DNA of 64,000 nucleotides from Hyalangium minutum (GTDB lineage: Bacteria; Myxococcota; Myxococcia; Myxococcales; Myxococcaceae): NCBI RefSeq assembly GCF_000737315.1, contig NZ_JMCB01000020.1, positions 1 to 64,000 of the forward strand, written 5' to 3'. The position numbers and the translations under genes were made by a program. Below, in pieces: positions 17,059 through 27,104 of this stretch; the stretch's first letter is position 1, and each line of letters starts with the position of its first letter. Under the pieces are notes generated by a model. The model ran no database searches, was not told the DNA's origin, and saw only the letters and a list, made by a program, of their open reading frames with translations.

Positions 17059-18267
17059 TTACTTCCCCTTCTGGGGCTTCTCCGCGGGCCGCCCAGGCGC
17101 CGCACCTGGGGCTCCCGCCGGCTGCTGCTCCTGCCGCCACAGGGAGATGAGCGCCTGCTCGCGCTCCGGGGTGAGGCCCGCGCGCGGCTTGGCGCGGCGC
17201 TCCTCGGGCAGGCTGTTGAAGTACGCCAGCGTGTCCTTCACGGTGACGGGGCCCGGCCGGAACTTGAGCCCCGCCTTCAGCGCCTTGTCGATGGAGCGCA
17301 GGTGGAAGCCCTTCGTCTTCCCGATGGGCGGCGCCCAGATGGGGATGTCTCCCTCTCCGTCCTCGCCGTTCTTCGCGAGGAACTCCGAGGGCACCCACAC
17401 CAGCTTCGTGTCCGCTTTGCCTGCGGCCTCCTTGCACGCCGCCAGCAGCGCGCCCAGGGTCCACGGCTTCTCCGGGCCCGTGGCGTTGTAGACGCCGGTG
17501 AGGTTGTCCTCCATCACCTTCACCAGCCACTCGGCCAAGTCCCTCACATCGATGATCTGCAGCGGATCCTCCGGGCTGCCCGGCGCCAGCATCTCGCCAC
17601 CCTTCGTGTAGCGCACCGGCCAGTACGTGAAGCGATCCGAGCCATCCTCCGGCCCGACGATGTAGCCGGGGCGTACCAGCGCGGCCCGGTCCGGGAACGC
17701 CGCCTCTGCGGCTTCCTCGCACAGCCGCTTCAGGCCGCCAAAGTTCTCGAAGTTCTTCCCCATGGTCTCCACGGTGGGGTCGGCCAGCTTGGCGGTGGGG
17801 CCGCTCTCGTCCTCGTGGGGCACATCGTTGTTGGCGAACGCCGAGATGCTGGAGATGTAGACGTACTGCTGGACGTTGGGGGCCAGCAGCTCCGCCGAGG
17901 CCTTCACCATGCGCGGGTAGTAGCCCGAGGTGTCCAGCACCGCGTCCCACTTGCGGCCCTCGAGTGCCTTGAGGCCCTCGCCCTTCTTCGGGTCCCGGTC
18001 GCCCTGCAGCTTCTCCAGGTTGGGGAACAAGCCGGGGCGCGTCTTGCCGCGGTTGAAGAGCGTCAGCGTGTGGCCGCGCGCCTGCGCCGCGTTGACGAAG
18101 GCCGGGCCCAGGAAGCCCGTGCCGCCCAGCACGAGGATCTTCAGCTTCTTCTTCGCGGGAGGCGTGGACTTCTTCTTGTCCGGGCCGGCCAGGGCCTGGG
18201 GGCCCAGTGCCAGCAGAGAGGCTGCGGTCAGCGAGTACTGCAGGAACTTCCTGCGGGGAGTGCGCAT
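17059..18267 (-). CDS. Atypical SDR / NAD-dependent epimerase-dehydratase family protein with Tat signal
   Basis: PRRKFL twin-arginine plus ALA cleavage site; ILVLGGTGFLG Rossmann motif; FGGLK at the YxxxK position. Confidence 0.88.
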   Translation of the reverse strand: MRTPRRKFLQYSLTAASLLALGPQALAGPDKKKSTPPAKKKLKILVLGGTGFLGPAFVNAAQARGHTLTLFNRGKTRPGLFPNLEKLQGDRDPKKGEGLKALEGRKWDAVLDTSGYYPRMVKASAELLAPNVQQYVYISSISAFANNDVPHEDESGPTAKLADPTVETMGKNFENFGGLKRLCEEAAEAAFPDRAALVRPGYIVGPEDGSDRFTYWPVRYTKGGEMLAPGSPEDPLQIIDVRDLAEWLVKVMEDNLTGVYNATGPEKPWTLGALLAACKEAAGKADTKLVWVPSEFLAKNGEDGEGDIPIWAPPIGKTKGFHLRSIDKALKAGLKFRPGPVTVKDTLAYFNSLPEERRAKPRAGLTPEREQALISLWRQEQQPAGAPGAAPGRPAEKPQKGK

Positions 18268-18305
18268 CAGGGGCTCATGGTTTGGAGGTCCTCAGGGACC
18301 CAGGG

Positions 18306-19256
18306 TCACGCGCGGACGGCCGCGCGGGCGCGGAACAGCGCGACGGCGTACACCATTCCCAGCACGATGAGGCAGAGCACCCCCAGCCCCACGTGGCGGA
18401 AGATCAACGTGTCCATGCTCCAGCCGTAGGCGTCCATGAGGGTGGATGGATCGCTCGGGCCCACGCCGACGATGTGGCCGAAGGGAATGGCATCCACGTT
18501 GGTGCGGGCGCTCCACCACGTCCGGAAGGCGTCCGTGAAGGCCGCCGCGCCGATGAGGAGAAAGCCCCAGCGCGTCCAGCCCTTCCGCAGGGGATTCTCC
18601 GGGGACACGTAGAGGGTGAGCATCAGCGCGGTGCCCAGCACCAGGCAGCCGCCATCGCCTCCAAAGGTGACGAAGGACTGCGCCTTGGCGCGGCCCAGCA
18701 GCAGGGTGCCCACGCCCTGGAGCACCAGCAGCGCGAGGCCCCCTCCCATCCACCGGCGGTCGCGCAGCTTCCACCCGCGCCACGCGAGGAACCCGAAGCC
18801 CGCCGCCAGCAGGAGCGAGAAGAGGGGAGAGCGGTTCATCGCCACGGGGGTGAGCCACGGGCCCGGGAAGGCGAGGAAGCCACAGAGCCACGCGGTGACG
18901 GCGTGCCCCAGCTCGTGGATCCACATGGAGAAGAAGAGGACGAGCAGCTTGTGGCCCATCCCCGTTGCATGGAGCACCCAGGTGACGAGCAGCGCCACGG
19001 GAATGGCGAACGTGCGGATCTTCAGCTCCCACGCCGCGTCCTCCGCGGCCTCGTTCCACGTCAGCGTCTCCTGAGGCAGGTGCGCGGGGCGTTCGGGCTC
19101 GGGCAGCTCCAGAGGGGCAGGAGGCTCCACGGTGAGCGCCGCCTGGGAGGCACGGGCCTCCGCCTTGGCGTAGTAGACGCCGCACTGAGGGCACTCCGGC
19201 CCCCCGCCACGGGGAGCACCGCAGCGGGGGCAACGCGAGGGCAGGGAGCTCTCCAT
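18306..19256 (-). CDS. Integral membrane M50-like zinc metallopeptidase with N-terminal zinc ribbon
   Basis: CPRC...CPQC; WIHELGH inside hydrophobic helices; downstream SD motif. Confidence 0.7.
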   Translation of the reverse strand: MESSLPSRCPRCGAPRGGGPECPQCGVYYAKAEARASQAALTVEPPAPLELPEPERPAHLPQETLTWNEAAEDAAWELKIRTFAIPVALLVTWVLHATGMGHKLLVLFFSMWIHELGHAVTAWLCGFLAFPGPWLTPVAMNRSPLFSLLLAAGFGFLAWRGWKLRDRRWMGGGLALLVLQGVGTLLLGRAKAQSFVTFGGDGGCLVLGTALMLTLYVSPENPLRKGWTRWGFLLIGAAAFTDAFRTWWSARTNVDAIPFGHIVGVGPSDPSTLMDAYGWSMDTLIFRHVGLGVLCLIVLGMVYAVALFRARAAVRA

Positions 19257-19313
19257 GCGCCCAAGTCTACACGGAGGCGGTTCGAGGCACCTTCGCGCCT
19301 CGGGGCCTCACGC

Positions 19314-22300
19314 TTACGGCGGACCCTGCGTCACGGGCGTCAGGACGAGGGGCCTTCCCCCTGAGCCCGAGCGCGCCGGAGTGCTCAGGATGGCCTGCGT
19401 GGAGAGCGTGTGGGTGGATTCGCTGCGCAGCGCGGCCGGAGCGCCCAGGTGCAGGGTCGTGCTGAACGCGGAGAAGCGGGACCACACGCCACTGTTGGGC
19501 TCGTAGAAGCCCGAGGCGCAGCTTGCCCTGCCACTGAGTGGATCCGCCTGGTAGAGCCGCGCGGTGTTGGTGGAACCCCACGGGGTGCACACGGGAGGGC
19601 CCTGCGTGGAGGCCTCGAACGAGGTCCACAGCAAGCACCCGTTGATGAGCGTGGCGGACGAGCCGGTCCGCTCGGAGCCTCGGGGATAGGCGATGTACCA
19701 GCCCTTGTCCCAGGGCGCGGCGCTCGCTTCGAGCCCGGCGGGGACCGCCCCCCCGCTGTCGAACTGCCCCACATTGACCAGCTCCGCGTCCGTGAGCAGT
19801 TGCGAGTCGAAGGCCGCCGCCTCGCTCTCCGTGTTGAACGTGCGCGAGGGGCTGCCGCCATAGCTCCACAGGCCATAGAAGCGCTGGAAGAACGGGCTCG
19901 TGGACTGGGGATAGCTGAGGGTGGCCCAGGTGTTCACCGCCTCGCGGCAGCTCCAGGTGGCCGAATCGCCGGAGCAGGCGTACTCGATTGCACCGTCGCT
20001 GCTGTTGGGGCAGCCATTCGCCGGGTCGTTGTTCCACGAGAGCCGCACGCGCGAGCCCGCGCACGAGGGGCCTGCCATGCTCTGGAAGGAGGTGGTGCTC
20101 GTCTGGGCGAAGTTCGACCAGGCCGTCCGCGTGGTGGACGCCAGGCTCCCGCCCAGCTGCACCTCGAGGGTGCTCTGCACCGCGCAGCCCTGCTCCGCAC
20201 AGGCACGTGGGTTGCCCAGGCGGCAGAGCGTCCCAGGGTCCGTGAGGTTCTGGCTGTCGCCCGTGCCGATGAAGGTGCGGAGGATGCCCGTGTCGGGCTG
20301 CACCATGTTCGTGGCGATCTGGCTGAACGGGCCGCGCAGGGCCTCGGGGCTCGTGGAGCGGCCCGCCAGGTTCGCCGCCCGGAACGCGCGCGCTGCGTAC
20401 CAGTTGCTCACCTGCCGCGTGTTGTCATCCCACTGGCCGGGCTGCCAGAAACGCACGGTCCACAACTGTCCGCCCGCGTCTCCTACCGTGGCGGTGTCGA
20501 AGAGCAGGTCCGCGCCCGGTCCGTCTCCGCGCGCCGGGCCCGCGTCCGCCAGCGCCAGCCCCGCGGTGATCGCGTAGCGCAAGTGCTGCGAGCGGCCTCG
20601 TGGAGCGTCGTGGAAGAAGCTCCATACGGTGTGGCCGTTCGCGAGGTCCACCATCGCCATGCCCCGGCCGCGCGCGTTCTGCGGATCGTATCCGCCGTTG
20701 AGCGCCACCACCCACCGCTCGCGCGCCGCGGTGTCGTTGATCTCCCAGGGCGTGACGACTCCTCTGGGCGGCAGGCCGGAGATCGCGCGCAGGGCGTCAT
20801 CCGCCGTGGGCGTGAGGGCTACCGGAGCGATGGGCGGCGGCTGCGGCGCGAAGTGAGAGAAGCTCTCGCCCACCTGGAGCGACAGCGGGTCACACGCTTG
20901 TGGCCACATCCACAGGAAGTCTCCGGGCATGTCGGGGCGCCGCGCCGCCGCTTCTCCGGGAAGCTGTCCGAGCATGCGCGTCAGGTCGAGCGCGAAGCGG
21001 TGAACGCCGCCGCGGCCCGTGCCGATGACCGCCACGGTGCGGTACTCCTGCCACTGCTTGATGCCATCGGCCGGCTGCCCCTCCACACCATCGAGCCACA
21101 CGTCGCGCACCATGGCGGTGCCATCCATGAGGAGGGCGTGCTCGCCCAGATGGGCCTTCATCCGAGGCAGCACGTCCGGCGGGATGAACGCCCACAGCTC
21201 CTGGCCGGTGCCCGCGTCGTAGAGGGCCTGGCCGGTGGCGGAGTCCCTGCCGGTGCTCCGGCCATTGAGGAAGGCGTGGAGCATGCCGCCGTTGGAGCCC
21301 ACGAGGACGACCTTGTCCCGGTCCCCGGCCTCGTAGGCGTACGTGTCGTAGGCGTCCGCCGTTCCCGGCTGGCCCGGCACGGTGTAGCCGCCCTGCAGCG
21401 GAGTGGCGCCGCTGAAGAGCGCGGGCAGGCACTGGGGCGAGCCGTCACACGAGGACTTCGGCTGCGGCGGCTCCACGCTGATGGGCGCGGAGTGGAGGAT
21501 GTCCTGCAGCAGGAAGGGCCGGTCATAGCCGCGCAGGGCCGGATCCGGGTTGAGGGCATCCGCGCCTCGGTACCAGCGGATGATGACGCGGGCGCAGTCG
21601 TCCGGCGTCAGCGAGGCGACGCCCAGCGTCGCGGCCAGGTCCAGGCAGCCCTTGGGGTACTGGCTGATGCCCAGGTACTCGCGGAGCAGGGGCGCATTGG
21701 CCTCGGTGAACGCCACCGGCGTGTCCTGGCGGTCGAGCTTCCCGTCTCCATTGCTGTCGATGAGGGTGAAGATGTTGCGGATCTGCCACCGGTTCGTCTG
21801 TCCCGTGGAGGGCTTGAGCACCTGGCCCGCCTCCCAGAAGGGCCGCGCGGGAATCGACGGGGTGATCTCCTTGATGAACTGCCCCGACGTGTCCTCCCTC
21901 ACCCCATCCCCATCGGCATCCACCAGGAGCGTGTCGTCACAGTCTCCGTCGAAGTTGCGATCGCCTCCGGCCGCCGGGTTGAGCGGATTGCACCCGAGCT
22001 GCCGCTCCTCCACGAGCTGGAAGCGGTAGAGGGCGCCCTTCCACGGAGCCTTGGGGTTCGGCGAGACGGTGAGACGCGGCACGAGTGCGGAGGCGGGCTG
22101 GACCGCCAGTGGGCCGCTCACGGTGGAGGGAGCCAAACCCGCGGCGCGCGTCTGCGCGGCGCCTGGCACGCTGAGGAGCTCGTACAGGGCCTGCCGCAGG
22201 CCGCCTCCGTCATTCACGCTGGAGTAGAGGCCACCGCCTACCTCCGCCGTGTGCTGGAGGAAGTTGCTCTGGAAGCCGAGCGCGATGGTGTGGATGGTCA

Positions 22301-23645
22301 GGCTCTGTCGGCCGCTGGTATCGAACTCGCCAACGATGGGCGGATTGTTGCTCTGCAGGTCCCAGTTGTGGAGGAACTGGGCCACGTCATCCAGGTAGTA
22401 GTTGGGATTGTCGTCCGTGGTGCTGCTGGCGTTGCTCCCCTTGTCGCGGCCCGCAGGGGTTCCCGAGCCGCACGGCGCGGAGTCTGGGCAGTACACCGGG
22501 CCGCCGTTGATCGCGCGGAACCGGGTGAGCAGTGCGGAGGCAAAGGTGTCGCCGGTAGGCTCACCGTCCGAGATGATGACCACCGAGGTGCCCTGGCAGC
22601 CCCAACACACGCTGCGGTTGGGCGAAGAGAGCGCCTCGTTGCGGAAGGTGGTCGGGTAGCTGTAGTTGCCGCCGAACCCGAGCATGTTCCGGTACACCGT
22701 GTCACTCGAGCTGAAGTAGTACCCGAGGTTCAGCAATGCGCGTGCCAGCGGCGTGCCCGTGGTGAAGGTCAGTGAGTTGAGGGCGTTGATGTAGCTGGCG
22801 CGCTGTGAATCGAAGGCGATCGGGTCCTGGACGATGGCGGAGCACGAGGGAGCCTGTGCCTTGAGCAGCACGGAGTTGGGGGTGTTGTTGCTGAAGTGGC
22901 TCAGGCCCACGCGCAGGCGGCGCACGTCTTTGAGGAGCGACTTGAGCACCGCCTTGAGGGTGACGTACTTGGGCGGGTTGAAGTTGAGGTAGCGGCCCCA
23001 GAAGATGAAGTCGGGGTTCTCCAGCGGCGGCGCGTCGCGGCCGGGAGCGCCCGGCACCTTGTAGTAGCCCTTGGTGCTCAGGCACGTGAGGCAGCGGAAG
23101 TACTCGGCGGCGTTGGAGGTGTTCCAGTTGGGCACCTGCGACTGGCAGGCCTGCTCCCTGGACGTCCACTGCGGCGGCGGGTTGGTCAGGTCCGCCCAGT
23201 ACATGTAGCCGTAGAACTTGTTGTCCTGGAACAGGTTGGGGAAGCCCGTGTCCGAGCCCAGCCCCGTGCCTACGTCCGGCGGCGGGTATTGGATGCTCGG
23301 GTTCCACCCCCGGCTGGTGGCGAACGCATCCAGCCGCGGGTTCTCGCAGCCGTTCACGGTGATGCTGAAGAACTCCGAGTGGGTGCTGTTGACGACCTGG
23401 GGCAGCTCGCGCATCGAGCTCGAGGTGTCGATGAGGATGTGGAGGTTGGCCGGCGTGCCGTCCGAGAGCATGCGCTCCTCGGCGGACTCATCCTTGCCGT
23501 ACACCACGTCCTGAATGAGCGCGGTGGTGAGCTGGCAGCACGCCGGGCTGTCGGTGAAGCTCCCGAGCTGCGCGGAGGCACTCCCCGCGAAGCCCCACAG
23601 CACCAGGCCAAGGCCATAGCGAATCATCTGAAGTCTCTTTTCCAT
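19314..23645 (-). CDS. pilY1: PilC/PilY1-family type IV pilus adhesin (vWA plus beta-propeller), copy A
   Basis: Signal peptide; MIDAS DTSSS...TPLA...SDGEP; Ca-loop DSNGDGKLD; LVGSNGGMLHAF, GQELWAFIP, DGTAMVRDVW; start 23645 or 23627. Confidence 0.85.
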   Translation of the reverse strand: MEKRLQMIRYGLGLVLWGFAGSASAQLGSFTDSPACCQLTTALIQDVVYGKDESAEERMLSDGTPANLHILIDTSSSMRELPQVVNSTHSEFFSITVNGCENPRLDAFATSRGWNPSIQYPPPDVGTGLGSDTGFPNLFQDNKFYGYMYWADLTNPPPQWTSREQACQSQVPNWNTSNAAEYFRCLTCLSTKGYYKVPGAPGRDAPPLENPDFIFWGRYLNFNPPKYVTLKAVLKSLLKDVRRLRVGLSHFSNNTPNSVLLKAQAPSCSAIVQDPIAFDSQRASYINALNSLTFTTGTPLARALLNLGYYFSSSDTVYRNMLGFGGNYSYPTTFRNEALSSPNRSVCWGCQGTSVVIISDGEPTGDTFASALLTRFRAINGGPVYCPDSAPCGSGTPAGRDKGSNASSTTDDNPNYYLDDVAQFLHNWDLQSNNPPIVGEFDTSGRQSLTIHTIALGFQSNFLQHTAEVGGGLYSSVNDGGGLRQALYELLSVPGAAQTRAAGLAPSTVSGPLAVQPASALVPRLTVSPNPKAPWKGALYRFQLVEERQLGCNPLNPAAGGDRNFDGDCDDTLLVDADGDGVREDTSGQFIKEITPSIPARPFWEAGQVLKPSTGQTNRWQIRNIFTLIDSNGDGKLDRQDTPVAFTEANAPLLREYLGISQYPKGCLDLAATLGVASLTPDDCARVIIRWYRGADALNPDPALRGYDRPFLLQDILHSAPISVEPPQPKSSCDGSPQCLPALFSGATPLQGGYTVPGQPGTADAYDTYAYEAGDRDKVVLVGSNGGMLHAFLNGRSTGRDSATGQALYDAGTGQELWAFIPPDVLPRMKAHLGEHALLMDGTAMVRDVWLDGVEGQPADGIKQWQEYRTVAVIGTGRGGVHRFALDLTRMLGQLPGEAAARRPDMPGDFLWMWPQACDPLSLQVGESFSHFAPQPPPIAPVALTPTADDALRAISGLPPRGVVTPWEINDTAARERWVVALNGGYDPQNARGRGMAMVDLANGHTVWSFFHDAPRGRSQHLRYAITAGLALADAGPARGDGPGADLLFDTATVGDAGGQLWTVRFWQPGQWDDNTRQVSNWYAARAFRAANLAGRSTSPEALRGPFSQIATNMVQPDTGILRTFIGTGDSQNLTDPGTLCRLGNPRACAEQGCAVQSTLEVQLGGSLASTTRTAWSNFAQTSTTSFQSMAGPSCAGSRVRLSWNNDPANGCPNSSDGAIEYACSGDSATWSCREAVNTWATLSYPQSTSPFFQRFYGLWSYGGSPSRTFNTESEAAAFDSQLLTDAELVNVGQFDSGGAVPAGLEASAAPWDKGWYIAYPRGSERTGSSATLINGCLLWTSFEASTQGPPVCTPWGSTNTARLYQADPLSGRASCASGFYEPNSGVWSRFSAFSTTLHLGAPAALRSESTHTLSTQAILSTPARSGSGGRPLVLTPVTQGPP

Positions 23646-23662
23646 GGGCGCTGGGCTCGTGA

Positions 23663-26600
23663 TCAGGGAAGAGGAATGGAGAGGGGCATGGCGCGGCTCG
23701 GCTCCTGGCCGAGCGCGCCGTACGCGTTGTCGCCCCAGGCCCAGACGGTGCCGTCGGTGCGCACAGCCAGGGAGTGGAAGGTTCCCGCCTCCACGGCGGT
23801 CACGCCCGTGAGGATCTGCACGGGCGACGAGCGCGGGGTGATGGTCCCGTCTCCCAGCTCGCCAATGAAATTGATGCCCCAGGCCCACAGGGTGCCGTCG
23901 GTCTTCAGGGCCATGAAGAAGCCGTCGCCCCGGGCGACTTGCTGCACCGCCGAGAGGCCTTGGATCTGCAGCGGGACGGAGCCAGGAGGGTGTGTCCCAT
24001 CCCAGGGCGCGTCCAGGAAGCTGTTGCCCCATCCCCACACCGTGCCATCGCTCTTCAGGGCCAACATGCTGCTGCCGCCCGCGGTGATCTGGATGACGTC
24101 CGTGAGCCCCAGCACCGGGCCGGCCGTCGGGCGGTTCGTCCGCGTCCCATCCCCGAGCTGGCCCCAGATGTTGGTGCCCCAGGTCCACACCGTTCCATCG
24201 GCGCGCAGGGCTGCGGAGAAATCCCAGCCCGTGGTGACGTCCACCCCGCTCGTGAGCCCCGGTACCTGCGAGGGTAGGGGATGCGCCTCCTGATCCATCG
24301 TCCCGTTGCCCAGCTGGCCATGGCTGTTGTTGCCCCAGGCCCAGACGGAGCCATCCTCGAGCACCGCCAGGGTGTGGCGCCCCTCGGCCTCCATGGCCTT
24401 CACGTTCGCGAGGCTCGCGACTCGGACGGGCGCCTCTTCCTGGAGGCGCGACCCGATTCCGAGCTGGCCGTACAAGTTGGTGCCCCAGGCCCACAGCGTC
24501 TTGTCGCTTCGCAAGGCCAGGGTGTGCCCGTCTCCGGTCGTGACGGACTGGACGCTGTCCAGGCTGGGCACGGGCGCGGGCGTGCCGCGGCTGAAGGTGG
24601 TGCCGTCGCCGAGCTGCCCCGAGGTATTCCATCCCCAGGTCCAAAGGCGCCCATCCAGGCCCACGCTCGCGGAGACGCCGTCCCACGCCGCCAGGGCCCT
24701 CTGGCCAGTGAGGCCCGGCACCTGCGTGGGGGACACCTGGGCACCGGTGCCAACGCCGAGCTGGCCCCGGCCCGTGTCGCCCCAGCCCCAGAAGGTGCCG
24801 CTGGTGTCCACCGCGATCGTGTGCCTCCAGTTCGAGGCGAGGGCGGTGATGGCCGGCAGCCCGGGAATCTGCACGGGGAAGTACGTGGAGCTCCCAGGGC
24901 CCAGCTGGGCGTGCACGTTGTCTCCCAGGCCCCAGACGGAGCCATCCGCGAGCAGGATCAGCGAGTGCCTCTCGCCCGCCGCGACGGCCGCCGCACCCGT
25001 GAAGTTCGGCAGCTGCGTGGGCAGGGAGGCATGGCCGATCATTCCGAGTTGCCAGGCCTGATTGCTGCCCCACCCCCAGACAGTGCCGTCCTCGAGCACC
25101 GCCAGGCTGTGGGACTCGCCCGCGGACAGCGCTCGGACATTCGCCAGGCCGGGCACCTGCACGGGGATGCTGCGGGGGGCAGTCGTCCCATCGCCGAGCT
25201 GGGTGTTCGCGTTGTTGCCCCAGGCCCAGGCGGTGCCATCGGCGCGCACCGCCAGCGTGTGGCCGATGCCCGCCGACACCGAGACGATGCTCGAGAGGCC
25301 CACCACTTGCACCGGTGTGAATGCGGAGCTCGTCGTTCCATTGCCGAGCTGGCCGTACAGGTTGTCGCCCCAGGCCCAAGCGGTGCCGTCGGAGCGCACC
25401 GCCAGCGAGAAGCCGAAGCCCGCCGCGATGGCCACGGCATTCGTGAGGCCCAGCACCTGCTCCGGGGTGGTCTGGAAGGTCCCCGCTCCATTCCCCAGCT
25501 GCCCCGAGAACCCGTCGCCCCAGGCCCAGACGGTGCCATCGGAGCGCAAGGCCAAGGAGTGGTTGTAGCCCGCCGCGACCGCCTGGATGTTCGTGAGGTC
25601 CGCTACCTGCACCGGCGTGTTCCGAGGCAGATAGGTCCCATCCCCCACCTGGCCGCGGTCGTTGAGGCCCATGGCCCACACGGTGCCGTCACTGCGCACC
25701 ACGAGCGAGTGCTCCAGTCCCGTGGCGCTCCGGACGACCCGCTGGACGAGCGGAGGCGTGGACTGAGGCCACCCGCCGTGCACGATGATGGGGATGACGC
25801 TAAAGGCCAAGCCCGTGCTCTCGCCGAGCTGACCCTGCCCATTGTCGCCCCAGGCCTGGAGCGTGCCGTCGGAGGACGAGGACAGCGCGTGGGCGTAGCC
25901 CGCCGTCACGGACACGATGTTCGAGCCGGACGCGATCAGCACGGGCGAGGTGCGCGTGGCGCGCGACCCTTCGCCGAGCTGGCCGGTGCTGTTGTCGCCC
26001 CAGGCGTAGACGTCCCCGGTGGCCGTCACCGCCAGCGAGAAGGCGCCACCGGCCGCGATGGAGACCACCTGCGACAGGCCGAACACCGGCGCGGGAGGAC
26101 GGGAGGGGTAGAGCGAGCCATCGCCGAGCTGGCCGGTGGTGTTGGCACCCCAGGTCCAGACAGTGCCGTCCTCGAGCAGGGCGAGGCTGTGGCGGCCACC
26201 CGCGGCCACTGCCTTCACACCATGGACCGAGGGGATCCAGTCCGGGGTGTAGCGGTTGAGGGGCGCGGCGCTGCCCAACTGGCCATGGACGTTCTCGCCC
26301 CAGGACCACACCCCGCCGTCGCGGGTCACCGCGAGCGAGTGAGCCCGGCCCGCCGCGATGCTCACCGCGCCCATGAGGGGGACCTTCACGGGGGTGGCGC
26401 GCTGGAGGTTCGACCCATCGCCGAGCTGGCCCGAGCCGTTGAAGCCCCAGGCCCAGAGGGTGCCGTCCTGGCCCAGGGCCAGCGAGTGCTCATACCCGGC
26501 GGCCACGGCGCGCACCTTGGGGAGCCCCAGCACCTGCACGGGGCTGACGCGGCGGGCGAGGGTGCCGTCTCCGAGCTGGCCGTAGCGGTTGTCGCCCCAG

Positions 26601-26956
26601 GCCCAGACGGTGCCATCCTCGAGGACGGCGAGGCTGTGGCGCGCCCCAGCCGCCACCGTCACCACGTGCTCCAGCCCGGGCACCTGCGCGGGCGTGGTGT
26701 GGCTGCTCAGCGTCGCGTCGCCGAGCTGGCCAAAGGTGTTGTCACCCCAGGCCCACAGGGCTCCGTTCAGCGCCACATATAAGGAGTGTTGGTAGCCCGC
26801 GGCCATGCGCGGCGGTGGTGGCGGCGGCAAGGCCGGCGGCGAGGGCTTGCCCCAGGAGGGCCCCGGCATCCCCGCGGCGGCGGAGCTGGTGATGAGCCAG
26901 AGACCCAGGAGTCCCACCCACGCGCCCCTCGCCCTGACTGCGCTCGCTATCCGCAT
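23663..26956 (-). CDS. Secreted RCC1-repeat protein with 21 repeats (three 7-bladed propellers)
   Basis: 21 counted DGT.WAWG.N..GQLG units, with a linker after repeat 7; N-terminal signal and Pro-rich spacer. Confidence 0.92.
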   Translation of the reverse strand: MRIASAVRARGAWVGLLGLWLITSSAAAGMPGPSWGKPSPPALPPPPPPRMAAGYQHSLYVALNGALWAWGDNTFGQLGDATLSSHTTPAQVPGLEHVVTVAAGARHSLAVLEDGTVWAWGDNRYGQLGDGTLARRVSPVQVLGLPKVRAVAAGYEHSLALGQDGTLWAWGFNGSGQLGDGSNLQRATPVKVPLMGAVSIAAGRAHSLAVTRDGGVWSWGENVHGQLGSAAPLNRYTPDWIPSVHGVKAVAAGGRHSLALLEDGTVWTWGANTTGQLGDGSLYPSRPPAPVFGLSQVVSIAAGGAFSLAVTATGDVYAWGDNSTGQLGEGSRATRTSPVLIASGSNIVSVTAGYAHALSSSSDGTLQAWGDNGQGQLGESTGLAFSVIPIIVHGGWPQSTPPLVQRVVRSATGLEHSLVVRSDGTVWAMGLNDRGQVGDGTYLPRNTPVQVADLTNIQAVAAGYNHSLALRSDGTVWAWGDGFSGQLGNGAGTFQTTPEQVLGLTNAVAIAAGFGFSLAVRSDGTAWAWGDNLYGQLGNGTTSSAFTPVQVVGLSSIVSVSAGIGHTLAVRADGTAWAWGNNANTQLGDGTTAPRSIPVQVPGLANVRALSAGESHSLAVLEDGTVWGWGSNQAWQLGMIGHASLPTQLPNFTGAAAVAAGERHSLILLADGSVWGLGDNVHAQLGPGSSTYFPVQIPGLPAITALASNWRHTIAVDTSGTFWGWGDTGRGQLGVGTGAQVSPTQVPGLTGQRALAAWDGVSASVGLDGRLWTWGWNTSGQLGDGTTFSRGTPAPVPSLDSVQSVTTGDGHTLALRSDKTLWAWGTNLYGQLGIGSRLQEEAPVRVASLANVKAMEAEGRHTLAVLEDGSVWAWGNNSHGQLGNGTMDQEAHPLPSQVPGLTSGVDVTTGWDFSAALRADGTVWTWGTNIWGQLGDGTRTNRPTAGPVLGLTDVIQITAGGSSMLALKSDGTVWGWGNSFLDAPWDGTHPPGSVPLQIQGLSAVQQVARGDGFFMALKTDGTLWAWGINFIGELGDGTITPRSSPVQILTGVTAVEAGTFHSLAVRTDGTVWAWGDNAYGALGQEPSRAMPLSIPLP

Positions 26957-27104
26957 GTATCCCCCGTGGAAGACGCGGGGGATTCCCTACCACGATTTGT
27001 TCAGTTTTCAGCAAGGCCTGGCCCTCGCACTCACTCTGTGGAGGGCTCGACCGGGGGGGGAAGCCGTCCGGTCGAGCCCCTCGTGGAGCAAGGGGGGAGG
27101 CGAA

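Noticed and set aside
23646-25679. ORF-track 2121-aa ORF implying a much longer PilY1-A
   Set aside because: The upstream 680 codons are an off-frame shadow of the RCC1 gene; the signal peptide and homology to copy B begin at 23645/23627.
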